The notes under the pieces were generated by a model. That model saw nothing but the letters and a program-made list of their open reading frames with translations. It was not told the DNA's origin and did not search any database. Below are positions 38,790-48,600 of a DNA stretch of 64,000 nucleotides, piece after piece (the stretch's first letter is position 1; each line of letters begins with the position of its first letter). Location of the stretch: positions 64,001 to 128,000 of the IMG/VR virus record IMGVR_UViG_3300031853_000003; one strand, written 5' to 3'. A program made the translations under genes and the position numbers. This DNA is from a virus. Lineage: Duplodnaviria > Caudoviricetes.

Positions 38790-39275
38790 TACTGACGCAG
38801 TTCTGTTTCTGTCTGCGTTACAGTCGAGCCTACCAATGGTGAAATGATATATCCGTGTAGGACAGGGCTGGCCTATCTCAACTAGGTGTGTACAATAGTT
38901 AATAAGAAGAGTATTGCGAGAACCTTATCGCACCTGATGACGACGAAAGTATGTTGAGTAAACTAAGTGGACATCGGGAGTGCAAGCAAGTCCGAGGGGA
39001 GAAACACCATCTAACATATGAAGCTAGTAGCTGTAACTTCTGGCCAGGACGTTTCAGATGAAGTATTTCAACTTCCGTTTGAGATCCTTCAGCGGCTGTC
39101 TAGTAGCGAGAGTGGTAGCATTGCTGCAAGATTCATGAATCACTGAGTGAACGACTTCCGATGCTAGTTATTCATACCGGTATTCGATGTTAGATGACGA
39201 GGGACGTTAATTGGATACGCAAAGGAGCTGGAGTAACACCTCTGCCAGCTGTGTAGGACGAACTTGTATCTTAGG
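38790..39275 (+). ncRNA. candidate large structured ncRNA (about 480 nt)
   Basis: No credible ORF; many hairpins and a perfect long-range 10-bp helix (39008-39017 with 39187-39196). Confidence 0.55.
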
Positions 39276-39284
39276 AGGTAACAC

Positions 39285-39542
39285 ATGTACAAAGTAAGAT
39301 GTATAAGACCTGGATATTGCGGATACTCATCTAGGACGTATTTCAGAACATTCAATACATTGTCACAGGTAGCTGCCTTCATAGAAGATTTCACCAATCC
39401 TGTTTACAAGATAGAGAATCTTACAGCTAAAGAAAGAAGCATCTTATGGATGAAATGTCTTTCAATTGAGAAGAAAGAGAATCCATCGCTTCGTAACATT
39501 TGGCAAACAAAAGCAGCCGATAGATATAGACGCTGTGTTTGA
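39285..39542 (+). CDS. hypothetical protein
   Basis: AGGAGG RBS. Confidence 0.55.
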   Translation: MYKVRCIRPGYCGYSSRTYFRTFNTLSQVAAFIEDFTNPVYKIENLTAKERSILWMKCLSIEKKENPSLRNIWQTKAADRYRRCV

Positions 39543-39547
39543 TACAT

Positions 39548-39619
39548 ACTACTATAGCTCAGTTGGTAGAGCAGCCCTCGGGAGGAGGGAAGACACTTGT
39601 TTGATCCAAGTTGGTAGTT
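39548..39619 (+). ncRNA. aberrant tRNA-like element (pseudo-tRNA)
   Basis: All four arms pair, but it has G33, loop CGGGAGG, T loop TTTGATC and no CCA. Confidence 0.65.
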
Positions 39620-40017
39620 GTCGGTCACGCACTTGGCCTACTGTCAGATGACAGACTCTCTGGAGATGTGCCAGTTGGTTTTGAAGTCCTGCCTGTAATA
39701 GCGATAGAGGGTACCAGCCTAGGAAAGACCCAACCTACAGGGAACATATCTTACTGGGAGATATGTAAACACACAATTTCATACCTAGTGCGATAATACA
39801 GTCGGCCTCATAGCTTGAGATACTTGTCCGCACGTGCACGCGGATATGGCCGCCGTATCCAGTAGTTATCGTTAAATGGAGTTAGACGAACAGCTAGGCA
39901 CACTTCCTTTAGCCCACCACACCTTATCTGATATTTTTCCCAACCCCACAGATGACCTCTTAATCAGGTGATTCGTTATTTATCACATAACAAACACCTT
40001 ATTAGGAGGTCATTTGT

Positions 40018-42045
40018 ATGTCACTCAAATCAGAACTCGAAAGAAAGATCCGTGAATCTTCGCAGAAGTATTACACAGATGGAACATCCGATATGACTGA
40101 TGCTGAATTTGATTCAGCGTTGGCGGAACTTAAGGAGATAGACCCTAAGAACTCGCTTGTGAATTCCGTAGGTCATGGATACTCCGTAAATCAGGACACA
40201 ACATACGGGCAGAAGAAGAAACACAAGTACGGAGTCGCTGGATCACTTCCAAAGTGTCATAACTGGAAAGAGATCAGCGGATTACTCAAAGAATCACTTG
40301 AGAAAGCTGAAGCAGCTGACTGGCTCAACGATATAACCGCTAGGATGAAGAATTCGCTGACGCTTTCGCTCAAACTCGACGGCCTCAGCTGCGTGTTATA
40401 TTACAAGAAAGGCAAACTTGTTGAAGCTCTTACACGAGGAGACGGTACTACTGGTGTTGTCATTACAGATAAGGTCAAGATGTGCTTGTCCGATGTAAGC
40501 AAAGATTTCACACTCAACAAACACCTTGAAACACCTTGCACGTTTACAGGAGCAATTCGCGGTGAGATCATTATGCCGCTGGAAACATATGAAGAGTACA
40601 AAGAGGAGAACTCCGAAGCGAAGAATGCTCGCAATGTTGCAGCAGGCCTCATCAATGCCAAGACAATTTCTCCTTGGGTCAGCAGACTTGCACTCATTCC
40701 GTACAATGTCGTAGGATATGAAAAGAGCGAAGACATCTATGACGGCGTCGCTTATGACTTCCATTACATTGAAGATCACTTCTCGTTCATTTCAAACTTC
40801 TTCTCTTATCCATATCAGACTCCTCACCAGGCTGTCTTTTCACTTCCAAAAACTGATGAAGGCCTCATTGACGCGTTGTCGAAGCTGTTCGATAGTGCAA
40901 AAGAATTCATCAAGTCCGATGGTATCGTCATCAACCATCCTTGTTGCACAATTGACGAGAACGGATATGTTCAGCCTGTTGATGCACAGGCGTTCAAGTT
41001 CAAGTCATCTACAGCAAACGCAACAGTAGAGGATGTAGAATGGAGTCTTACAAAGACCCGATACCTGATGCCGAGAGTAAGGATCACACCTGTCGAGCTT
41101 GAAGATACAATCGTACAGTATTGCACTGGTTACAACGCACAGTATATTCGGGATAACAAGATAGGACCTGGAGCCATTGTAGAGGTGGAAAAACGTGGCG
41201 ATATCGTGCCGAACATCAACAAGGTATTGCAGCCTGGTGTGACCTATATCCCTTCAAATTGCCCCGATTGCGGCCAGAAACTCGTATGGAATGGCGTCCA
41301 TCTGCAATGTGTCAACGAGGACTGCAGTAATGCTGCAATTCAAGATCTCAACATTTGGATTGAGAATATCGCACCTGTAGAAGGTTTCAAAGAGAAACTT
41401 CGTGTAAAGATGTTATCTGATATCTTTGGAGAGCGCCTAACTATTGAAGATGTTATGTCCGCCAAAGACATGACCATACAGTTTGGACGAAGTGGTCACA
41501 AGAAACTCCTTTCAGATATGTTCTATCAGCTCTATCATAGAAAAGACATTCCGCTCTCATCTGCATTGAAAGCCCTTAACATTCCACGACTTGGAGATAA
41601 GACTGCAGATAAGTTTGCGCAGTATCCTGTTATCATTCACGATATACTGAGTAATCTCAGAGTAGGTGTGGGACAACCTACCATTGATAGACTAAAAGAA
41701 TATACAGAGATTGCAATCGGTAAAGCGAATGCTGATTCTATCTTCAATAATCTCGATAAATTTAGACGAATGATGCTGATAGAAGATCGAATTCAGTGGG
41801 ATGTGATCTCTCAAGACAAAGCAGAGAGCAGAGGTAAAGTTGCTATCACAGGTAAGCTATCTGTAAAGAGGTCAGATTTCGAGAAGGAACTCAAAGCTGC
41901 TGGATTCACTGTAAGCGATATCAGCAAATCAACGGATTTTCTCATTACAGATGATCCGACATCTGCTTCTAGTAAAAATAAGAAAGCAGACCAGTGGGGA
42001 ATCGTTAAGATTACTGAAGCCGAATTCAGAAAGAAGTATCTGTAA
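40018..42045 (+). CDS. ligA: NAD-dependent DNA ligase
   Basis: YY...DAEFD domain Ia, KLDG, TRGDG, IRGE, DGIV, CPDC...C...C zinc finger, C-terminal BRCT (VAITG...ITE). Confidence 0.92.
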   Translation: MSLKSELERKIRESSQKYYTDGTSDMTDAEFDSALAELKEIDPKNSLVNSVGHGYSVNQDTTYGQKKKHKYGVAGSLPKCHNWKEISGLLKESLEKAEAADWLNDITARMKNSLTLSLKLDGLSCVLYYKKGKLVEALTRGDGTTGVVITDKVKMCLSDVSKDFTLNKHLETPCTFTGAIRGEIIMPLETYEEYKEENSEAKNARNVAAGLINAKTISPWVSRLALIPYNVVGYEKSEDIYDGVAYDFHYIEDHFSFISNFFSYPYQTPHQAVFSLPKTDEGLIDALSKLFDSAKEFIKSDGIVINHPCCTIDENGYVQPVDAQAFKFKSSTANATVEDVEWSLTKTRYLMPRVRITPVELEDTIVQYCTGYNAQYIRDNKIGPGAIVEVEKRGDIVPNINKVLQPGVTYIPSNCPDCGQKLVWNGVHLQCVNEDCSNAAIQDLNIWIENIAPVEGFKEKLRVKMLSDIFGERLTIEDVMSAKDMTIQFGRSGHKKLLSDMFYQLYHRKDIPLSSALKALNIPRLGDKTADKFAQYPVIIHDILSNLRVGVGQPTIDRLKEYTEIAIGKANADSIFNNLDKFRRMMLIEDRIQWDVISQDKAESRGKVAITGKLSVKRSDFEKELKAAGFTVSDISKSTDFLITDDPTSASSKNKKADQWGIVKITEAEFRKKYL

Positions 42046-42440
42046 TGAAGTACAACGCACTATCGCCTATTTTCAAGATCCGGTTTGAAGCTGCTAAGGA
42101 GCTGTATAGGCTGTGGTCAGACTCAAACATGACATTGACGGAGATAGCGAGAGCATTTCAAGTATCTGATACCACTGTAACAAACCGTGTAAAGTGGTAT
42201 CGGAAGCTGACTGAATCCGAGTCAGAGTATCTTGATAGATCTGACCATATATTCAACCTAGATACAACTTGCAGGAACATGGAAACCCTGCTGAAGCACA
42301 ACATACATTCCATAGAAACAATTCGTAACTATTCTACCACAACGCTGATGACCATATTCAGCCTGCCAACTCTTCAAGCTGAGTGGTTACGAAACGCTGT
42401 TACAAGGTGGGAGAAATCTCAGAAAGGTAAGAAATCATGA
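42045..42440 (+). CDS. HTH protein with a C-terminal RNAP alpha-CTD-like segment
   Basis: MTLTEIARAFQVSDTTV (HTH); CRNMETLLKHNIHSIETI resembles alpha-CTD RSYNCLKRAGINTVQEL. Confidence 0.45.
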   Translation: MKYNALSPIFKIRFEAAKELYRLWSDSNMTLTEIARAFQVSDTTVTNRVKWYRKLTESESEYLDRSDHIFNLDTTCRNMETLLKHNIHSIETIRNYSTTTLMTIFSLPTLQAEWLRNAVTRWEKSQKGKKS

Positions 42441-43180
42441 AACGTACTCCGTTCTTAGTATGCACAGTCATGATGAGACGTGACGAGGAACAGACCATCC
42501 ACGCTCGATGGGATACAGTCATGGCCATCGATGGGTCATTAGCGAAGCAACAACTTCTAACCGGCATCAGCTACGAGCTGAGAGATTGCGCTGCTGTTAG
42601 TCAGTATGCAATACCTCTTGCATCTGGGCCATCTCATTATCCACTCTCAATTAGTCATGCGGAGTTCTTCTCATCTCCGTATGGTATGAAATGTAAGATG
42701 GTTTATGAATTCATGGTATGGGCTCTCAACAGCTTAGGATTCAAATTCGCGGATACGCCTGGTGAAAAGTACCAGATTGCTATCAACCTTCTTGCAAAGT
42801 ACTATAATCTGACAGAGTCTGATGTCACATCTATGATGAGTGATTACTTATCGCTCGTTACCAGTATGTGCAGGTTGGAGCTGAAATCGAGATATGCGAT
42901 AACCTTCAACACAGCAGAAGAAGCTAGAAGAGCTAGATCGTCTGATTCTTATGACATCCACAAGACGATCGCAGTAGTACCATTTGAAGCAGAAGACTTC
43001 CGTACACTTGTGAACAATGATGTTCCTTCAGTTCAACAGCTTCTCAATATCCGAGACGAATATCATCTCAGGAAACTCCTTCAGCACATAGATGATTCAC
43101 AAGTGGATCGCATTTGGGACACTGTCAAATTCTGTGTTCTAATACCTAAAGACCTGAGAGGTATCATCTTCGATGACTAA
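42437..43180 (+). CDS. hypothetical protein
   Basis: ATGA overlap. Confidence 0.55.
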   Translation: MKRTPFLVCTVMMRRDEEQTIHARWDTVMAIDGSLAKQQLLTGISYELRDCAAVSQYAIPLASGPSHYPLSISHAEFFSSPYGMKCKMVYEFMVWALNSLGFKFADTPGEKYQIAINLLAKYYNLTESDVTSMMSDYLSLVTSMCRLELKSRYAITFNTAEEARRARSSDSYDIHKTIAVVPFEAEDFRTLVNNDVPSVQQLLNIRDEYHLRKLLQHIDDSQVDRIWDTVKFCVLIPKDLRGIIFDD

Positions 43181-43322
43181 CAAGACTGTAAAACATCCCT
43201 GTATCGGCTGCATATATTTCAAGACGTGCGGGAGCACAGGTCGTACAGTACCGTGTGAAGGAAGGACACTCAAATCTGATATCCGAGGTGATAAACATGC
43301 GAGTACAGATTCACAAAAATAG
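43173..43322 (+). CDS. 49-aa Cys-rich protein (below the ORF-track cutoff)
   Basis: GAGG RBS; MTNKTVKHPCIGCIYFKTCG...VPC; fills the intergenic gap. Confidence 0.45.
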   Translation: MTNKTVKHPCIGCIYFKTCGSTGRTVPCEGRTLKSDIRGDKHASTDSQK

Positions 43323-43554
43323 TATTGTTGAGATCAAATCTGCGACTATAGAACGCGACAACGATTCTGGAGTAGATTACATCTTAGTTGAAAACTCCTC
43401 GGCAGTATACAGAATTCTTCCGTCTGTTCCCAGAGGATACATTCAGGACGTTGAACAATACAACAAGATCGTCAAGATGACATTCGACAAGTTACTTCGT
43501 CAAGGTTTCTTAGAGTGCGACGGACTTGATATAGTACTATGGGAGGAGAAATAA
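43297..43554 (+). CDS. hypothetical protein
   Basis: GAGGTG RBS. Confidence 0.5.
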   Translation: MRVQIHKNSIVEIKSATIERDNDSGVDYILVENSSAVYRILPSVPRGYIQDVEQYNKIVKMTFDKLLRQGFLECDGLDIVLWEEK

Positions 43555-43556
43555 CA

Positions 43557-43868
43557 GTGCGAATACTCTACATGCGAGAATCGTCTAGGACAGGCTTGAA
43601 AGAGCTGCAAGTACGCGAATTCTCTCGTGCTGCAGCACATGTTGAGGGCAAAGAGAAATACATCGATTTCTGGGGAGGTCCGTCAGGCGGTTGTTTAAGA
43701 TTCCGTCTATACGATGCATGCTGCCCAGACGTAATTCTCGAACACATTGCTGAATCAGGGTACACAGATATGACAATGTTCCCATATACACGTATCTCAA
43801 GCCACAGCAATATCAGTCAGTATGATCAGCAAGTCGAGCAACCGCTTGATGAAGCTCTATCAGTATAA
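43557..43868 (+). CDS. hypothetical protein
   Basis: GGAGGAG RBS, GTG start. Confidence 0.5.
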   Translation: MRILYMRESSRTGLKELQVREFSRAAAHVEGKEKYIDFWGGPSGGCLRFRLYDACCPDVILEHIAESGYTDMTMFPYTRISSHSNISQYDQQVEQPLDEALSV

Positions 43869-43887
43869 TACAAAGGAGTAGATTTCA

Positions 43888-44853
43888 ATGAGATTTATTG
43901 AACCGTCAGCTTCTGTTGTAGTAGAATCTAACCCTCTCAAGAAAATTGAGCGAGTAGGTCGAACCTGCTACAAGTCAGAATCCGCTATCACAGAAGAAAG
44001 CGCCGAGAAGTTCGTCAACGGACTGGCCAGCAGAAAGCATTTCGCAATGCTTGAGCATGCAGTTATTCATTTCAAGTACGTTTCAAGCCCCGGTACCGCG
44101 ATGTCTGTTGGACAGTTTATTCATGCGTTCGCCGATAGCAATGAATTCACAAAGTTTGATGAAGTTGCAAAATCCTGCGGCGACGGTGAATGGGAGACTG
44201 TTCAATACCTGACGGTCAGCTTCTCCCACCTCTTCCGTCCTGACGTAGAGGATCCGATGATCCAAAAACAGCTCCGAGATATGGTGGACACGTATCTCAA
44301 AGACGGAACAAACGTCTTTTCAGGAACCGAAGGCAAGTTCTATATCATCCCTGATGAAGATCTGAAGACGGAACTGCACGACTGGCCTAACCTCTACGAA
44401 AAACATATGTTCTACACGTTCCATTTCGTCTGCGACCGAGGTGTATCTCATGAGCTGGTAAGGCACCGCTGCAGCTTCGGTCAAGAGTCAACCCGCTACT
44501 GCAACTACGTCAAAGACAAATTCGGCAGCGAGCTATCTTTCATCTTGCCGTCTACCTTCAATGACTGGCCCGACACAATGAAAGAGCTGTTCTACAGAGA
44601 GCTAAACGTGATCGAGCAGGGCTACATCGACATGATCAAGGCCGGGTTACAGCCGCAGCAGGCTCGCGCAATCTTGCCGAATGCTCTCAAGACAGAGGTC
44701 ATGATGACTGCGCCTATCAAGCAATGGATCCATTTCACCAATCTTCGTAGCAAAGGTATAACAGGAGCTCCGCACCCTGATATGAAAGTCGTTGCTGACA
44801 TGGTACTCAGCAAACTCGCTGAGCTCGAACCTGAGCATTTCACGGTTGACTGA
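43888..44853 (+). CDS. thyX: FAD-dependent thymidylate synthase
   Basis: RGVSHELVRHR-CSFGQESTRY signature; ARAILPNA; AHPD-like APHPDM. Confidence 0.92.
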   Translation: MRFIEPSASVVVESNPLKKIERVGRTCYKSESAITEESAEKFVNGLASRKHFAMLEHAVIHFKYVSSPGTAMSVGQFIHAFADSNEFTKFDEVAKSCGDGEWETVQYLTVSFSHLFRPDVEDPMIQKQLRDMVDTYLKDGTNVFSGTEGKFYIIPDEDLKTELHDWPNLYEKHMFYTFHFVCDRGVSHELVRHRCSFGQESTRYCNYVKDKFGSELSFILPSTFNDWPDTMKELFYRELNVIEQGYIDMIKAGLQPQQARAILPNALKTEVMMTAPIKQWIHFTNLRSKGITGAPHPDMKVVADMVLSKLAELEPEHFTVD

Positions 44854-44870
44854 TAATATCATATGAATAC

Positions 44871-44904
44871 ATCACCGCCTGGACATTGCGCTGGGCGGTG
44901 ATTT
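44871..44904 (+). terminator. intrinsic terminator
   Basis: ATCACCGCCTGG/CTGGGCGGTGAT hairpin followed by TT. Confidence 0.7.
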
Positions 44905-44956
44905 GTTGTTGAGAACCTTGTATATCAGTATCAAAATTGGAGGTGCAGATAAAGCT

Positions 44957-45190
44957 ATGTGTAACGCTTGCAAACTTCAAATTCCTGGAACCTCTCAATA
45001 CATCGAAGATGGATCAAGACTCAAACTTGGAAGGTTTGATACTGATAGATGGATTGCTCGACATGGATGGTACACCTGGGGAGGTAACCGACCTGTATGT
45101 GGGTGGTACCTTACAGATCTAGACGGTGGCAACATCAAACCTCTACAGAAGACTGATCTTGATGACATCTATCTCGTAGAAAGGGGATAA
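44957..45190 (+). CDS. small late protein (paralog of the next gene's N-terminus)
   Basis: WIARHGWY...GWYL versus WISQHDWY...GWYF. Confidence 0.55.
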   Translation: MCNACKLQIPGTSQYIEDGSRLKLGRFDTDRWIARHGWYTWGGNRPVCGWYLTDLDGGNIKPLQKTDLDDIYLVERG

Positions 45191-45193
45191 CTA

Positions 45194-45664
45194 ATGGCAT
45201 CAACAGACAACTTCATCGCAACACAATTTCATCAGATGTTTTCTGGTGATATTGTAACCATAGATGGGTATGACGGAATAAAGTGGATCAGTCAACACGA
45301 TTGGTACATCTACAACAATCAGCGACAGCTCGGATGGTACTTCATATCAATTCCAGAAGGAGTTATTCTGCCATTCAGCGAAGTATCGCTTGATAAGGTA
45401 CATGTTATAACAGTCGATAGAATTCGACATTTCGACTACGGCGAAGAGAAGCCTGATCCATTTGTAGTATTTGATCAGACAATGCGATCTGCTTTTGTTA
45501 CTGTAGATACGCTTGCTGACAGAGATGCAATCAAAGACCTTTATCCTATCCCGCACGGAAAGATGGTTAAGGTGAACGAAGTATCAAAGATATACTCCTA
45601 CGATGAACCGACTTCAACTTGGGTAGAATGCTTACTTGTTGTACCCGTTAATTCTGAAACCTGA
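45194..45664 (+). CDS. putative tail-associated protein
   Basis: VDTLADRDAI...GKMVKV...Y...WVE motif typical of tail-fibre modules. Confidence 0.5.
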   Translation: MASTDNFIATQFHQMFSGDIVTIDGYDGIKWISQHDWYIYNNQRQLGWYFISIPEGVILPFSEVSLDKVHVITVDRIRHFDYGEEKPDPFVVFDQTMRSAFVTVDTLADRDAIKDLYPIPHGKMVKVNEVSKIYSYDEPTSTWVECLLVVPVNSET

Positions 45665-45675
45665 GGAGTGAAACA

Positions 45676-48600
45676 ATGGGTGTAAAAATCTATAATGAAG
45701 GTAGAGTAGTAGGTTACAGTGCATACGAACTTTACGTCAAGCACTCACTGAGCGAAGATCCTAATACTCCACCTGCAACTGAGCTTGAATGGCTCTCATC
45801 TACAATAGCGATGGGCTCCTCAATGTTATTGAAGATCCCGACCGACGAAGTAAGCGGTCACCATCTTGTAGATTTTCAACTTCCTGAAAATACAAAACTT
45901 GCAGCTGCAAATACAATCCTTGGATCTCTCTTCCTAGGAGAAGCGGTAGTAGACGAAACCGGTTGGGCACAGAAAGTGACCAGTTACGGTCCACTTCTAA
46001 CAAATTCAACTGCAAGACCTATATCTGGTCAGCATACTGCTGAAAGCACAGAGTATCCGACATCACTTTCGTCTCAGCTCAGTACTACACAGCAGAAACA
46101 GATTCTCAACTACATGAAGGTTGTAGATGGTATTGTTATTCAGCCAGGCAACTGGTCTGCGACAAATAGTACGCCTGCAAAGGATATGTCGCCTGTACTG
46201 TCTGAGAGACCTAGAGTGAGGATCTTCTTAAGTGACGCAGTCAAAGAAGCATTCTACGTTCTGCTAACAGGTTTCACACTACGCACAGTACTTGCAGGAG
46301 TAAGCGGACTCGATGGTTCCACTGATACGTCAAATAACATTCCGGAAGACGGAGCATTCTTAGGACCTGGAATATTCCCGTGGGCAAACAAGATAGTATT
46401 CTCTATTCCGTCGATGTATGCTACATACTTCCTTGATAACAAGTATTCAAGAAAGATGTCAACAAACGGCAATCCGTCAACGAAGGAATCGTCAGCGAAA
46501 GAAGTTCATAGAATTCCTGTAGTAGATATGGAGACAACAGATCCTGCTACTTACTACTCGTCTAACTTCTCTGATAGCAGAGTACCTCTAGATGTAGTAG
46601 ATCTAAACAAGATCAACGGAGATGCTGTTTTAACTGTGTATCAAAGAGATGTAGCGTTCCCGCCTGCCCTCTTCGGTACAAAGGTCACAGCGACTGGCGA
46701 GCAGTATGCAAGTCCGCTAGATACAGTAGCTCCTGGAACAGTAAAGATGTTCAATGACACTGATAGAAGTGCTGCAGCTAGTAAGGCGATAAGTTTCCAG
46801 GATAAAATCAAGAATAACTACGCATTCTTCCGTGATACCCATGATTATGTAGTAAGGCAAATCAATCACACAGTATCCAGCAGTTCCAGCAACTGGGTTG
46901 ATATACCGGTAGCTGATACTTATGTAGATTCTATCTACGGAGCACTTGAAGATTCAGAAGTTATTCCGCCATTCTTCGTTAAACAATCAAATAGTGGAGA
47001 TCCATCAGATTATGCAGCGGTAACTACCATGTATACTCGTAGGATCCGAGGTAAAGTTTCAGATCAGTTTAGAACGGATTTTGGAATTGATCCTGCAACT
47101 ACGCAAGGATACAATTTCTTGCAATTGTTGATGCGGACAATCAACAGATCTGACACTAATCAGATAGATATATCAATAAACCATTCAATGTATGATTACA
47201 TCAAAGATGTCCCAGACTGGAAGTCGAAATATTTCTTCATCCTGCAAGGTAGCACAACTTTCAATGGAAATCATGTAAACAGCTTAACACTTGTTCCGGT
47301 AGCAAAACCTGTTGCAGGCGATGTTTCTCCCAGTAACACATTTGATTACATCTATAAATCCTATGGTCCTCAATTCAAGATACCTGTTTTACTTCCTACA
47401 TCTAGCACACTTGCAAATACTGCTGGAAGTTATGGACAGTACTTAGGCGGATATTGGAATGGAGAGGGTCCTACATCTCATAAGTCCATACTTGAGTATC
47501 TGACAACAGTATGTGATATAAATCCAGTCGCCCTTATGGACTACAGACGTAAAGTTCCTGAGGTAGACGGATATACAGATTGGAGAGATGCATACTCTGC
47601 AATAACTGTTAAGAATTTTGTATCCGCTGTAAGAGCAGATGCAGTAAACAGAGGAATAATTCCGTCTTCTGTAACACTTCAAAATATTCTGGATGGTGAA
47701 TACACATATACATATCCGACTCCTGATGGTTCTGGAAATTATAGAAGCATCACCTTCCAGAAGATTGCAACACAGTATAGAACTAAGACACTATCAGAGG
47801 TTTTTGAACTTGCAAAGTTCTACGATCTTAGCACAGGACAAGAGCTTAACAACGGTATCTCATTGAGGACACATTATGCTAAAGTAGCCAGCATTGAACT
47901 TACTGTAAATGGATCTGCAATGACATTGTCTGATGCACCTACATTGGTTATTGACTGGGATGACCAAGATTCACTGTATGAGCTTACAACATCTGAACCG
48001 TCTGACTGGTCAACTAGATTCAGACATTATTTTACAAAGAGCGGATCTAATTACAGTAAAGTATCTGGTGATACTGCACCTGCATGGGCAGCAAGTACCT
48101 ATTACAAGCCCATATATGAACTGTCTAACATCAAGTACACAGATACGTTGACATTCCAAACATCTGTACAGAAAGATTCTCCTGAGACCATTGCACTTCC
48201 TTGGCCACAAGATTCTTCTCAGTATGTATTCAGTTCAGGTCCTCTCAACGTAACAAATGTTGCAGGTCTACATCAGACAAAGTCACTATCTGTTGCAGAT
48301 AGCAGTGGTAAGATTTATGATATGTCAGGTGAAGGTGGAACTATCACAGATATGAAAGATGGTAACATTCACTGGGATGACATACTCAATGCACTTGTCA
48401 ATAACAAGGCGATAGATGTTTTCAACACTACTCGATTCGCCAATGAGTTTTACAATCGTATTGTCGCAGGCGATGGCATCAAAGTAACACGTGACCCTAA
48501 TGATGCTACGAAAACAAAGATATCAACTTATTTTGCTAAAGGACCCGGTATAGAATTATCAGCGGTAACAGACGCACACGGAGATACCTTCATACAGATA

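Noticed and set aside
33890-38800. Theta/HDV-like ribozymes at tRNA 3' ends
   Set aside because: All five tRNAs and the tmRNA encode CCA, and no trailer starts with a G-initiated nested double pseudoknot that I could build
38934-38950. CTGATGA...GAAA resembling a hammerhead ribozyme core
   Set aside because: Only CGAC lies between the motifs (no stem II pair) and no matching stem III/NUH site was found; better explained as a GAAA-tetraloop hairpin
39715-39900. AGGAAAGACC resembling the RNase P RNA GAGGAAAGUCC motif
   Set aside because: No complementary P4 3' strand or other conserved regions were recognisable
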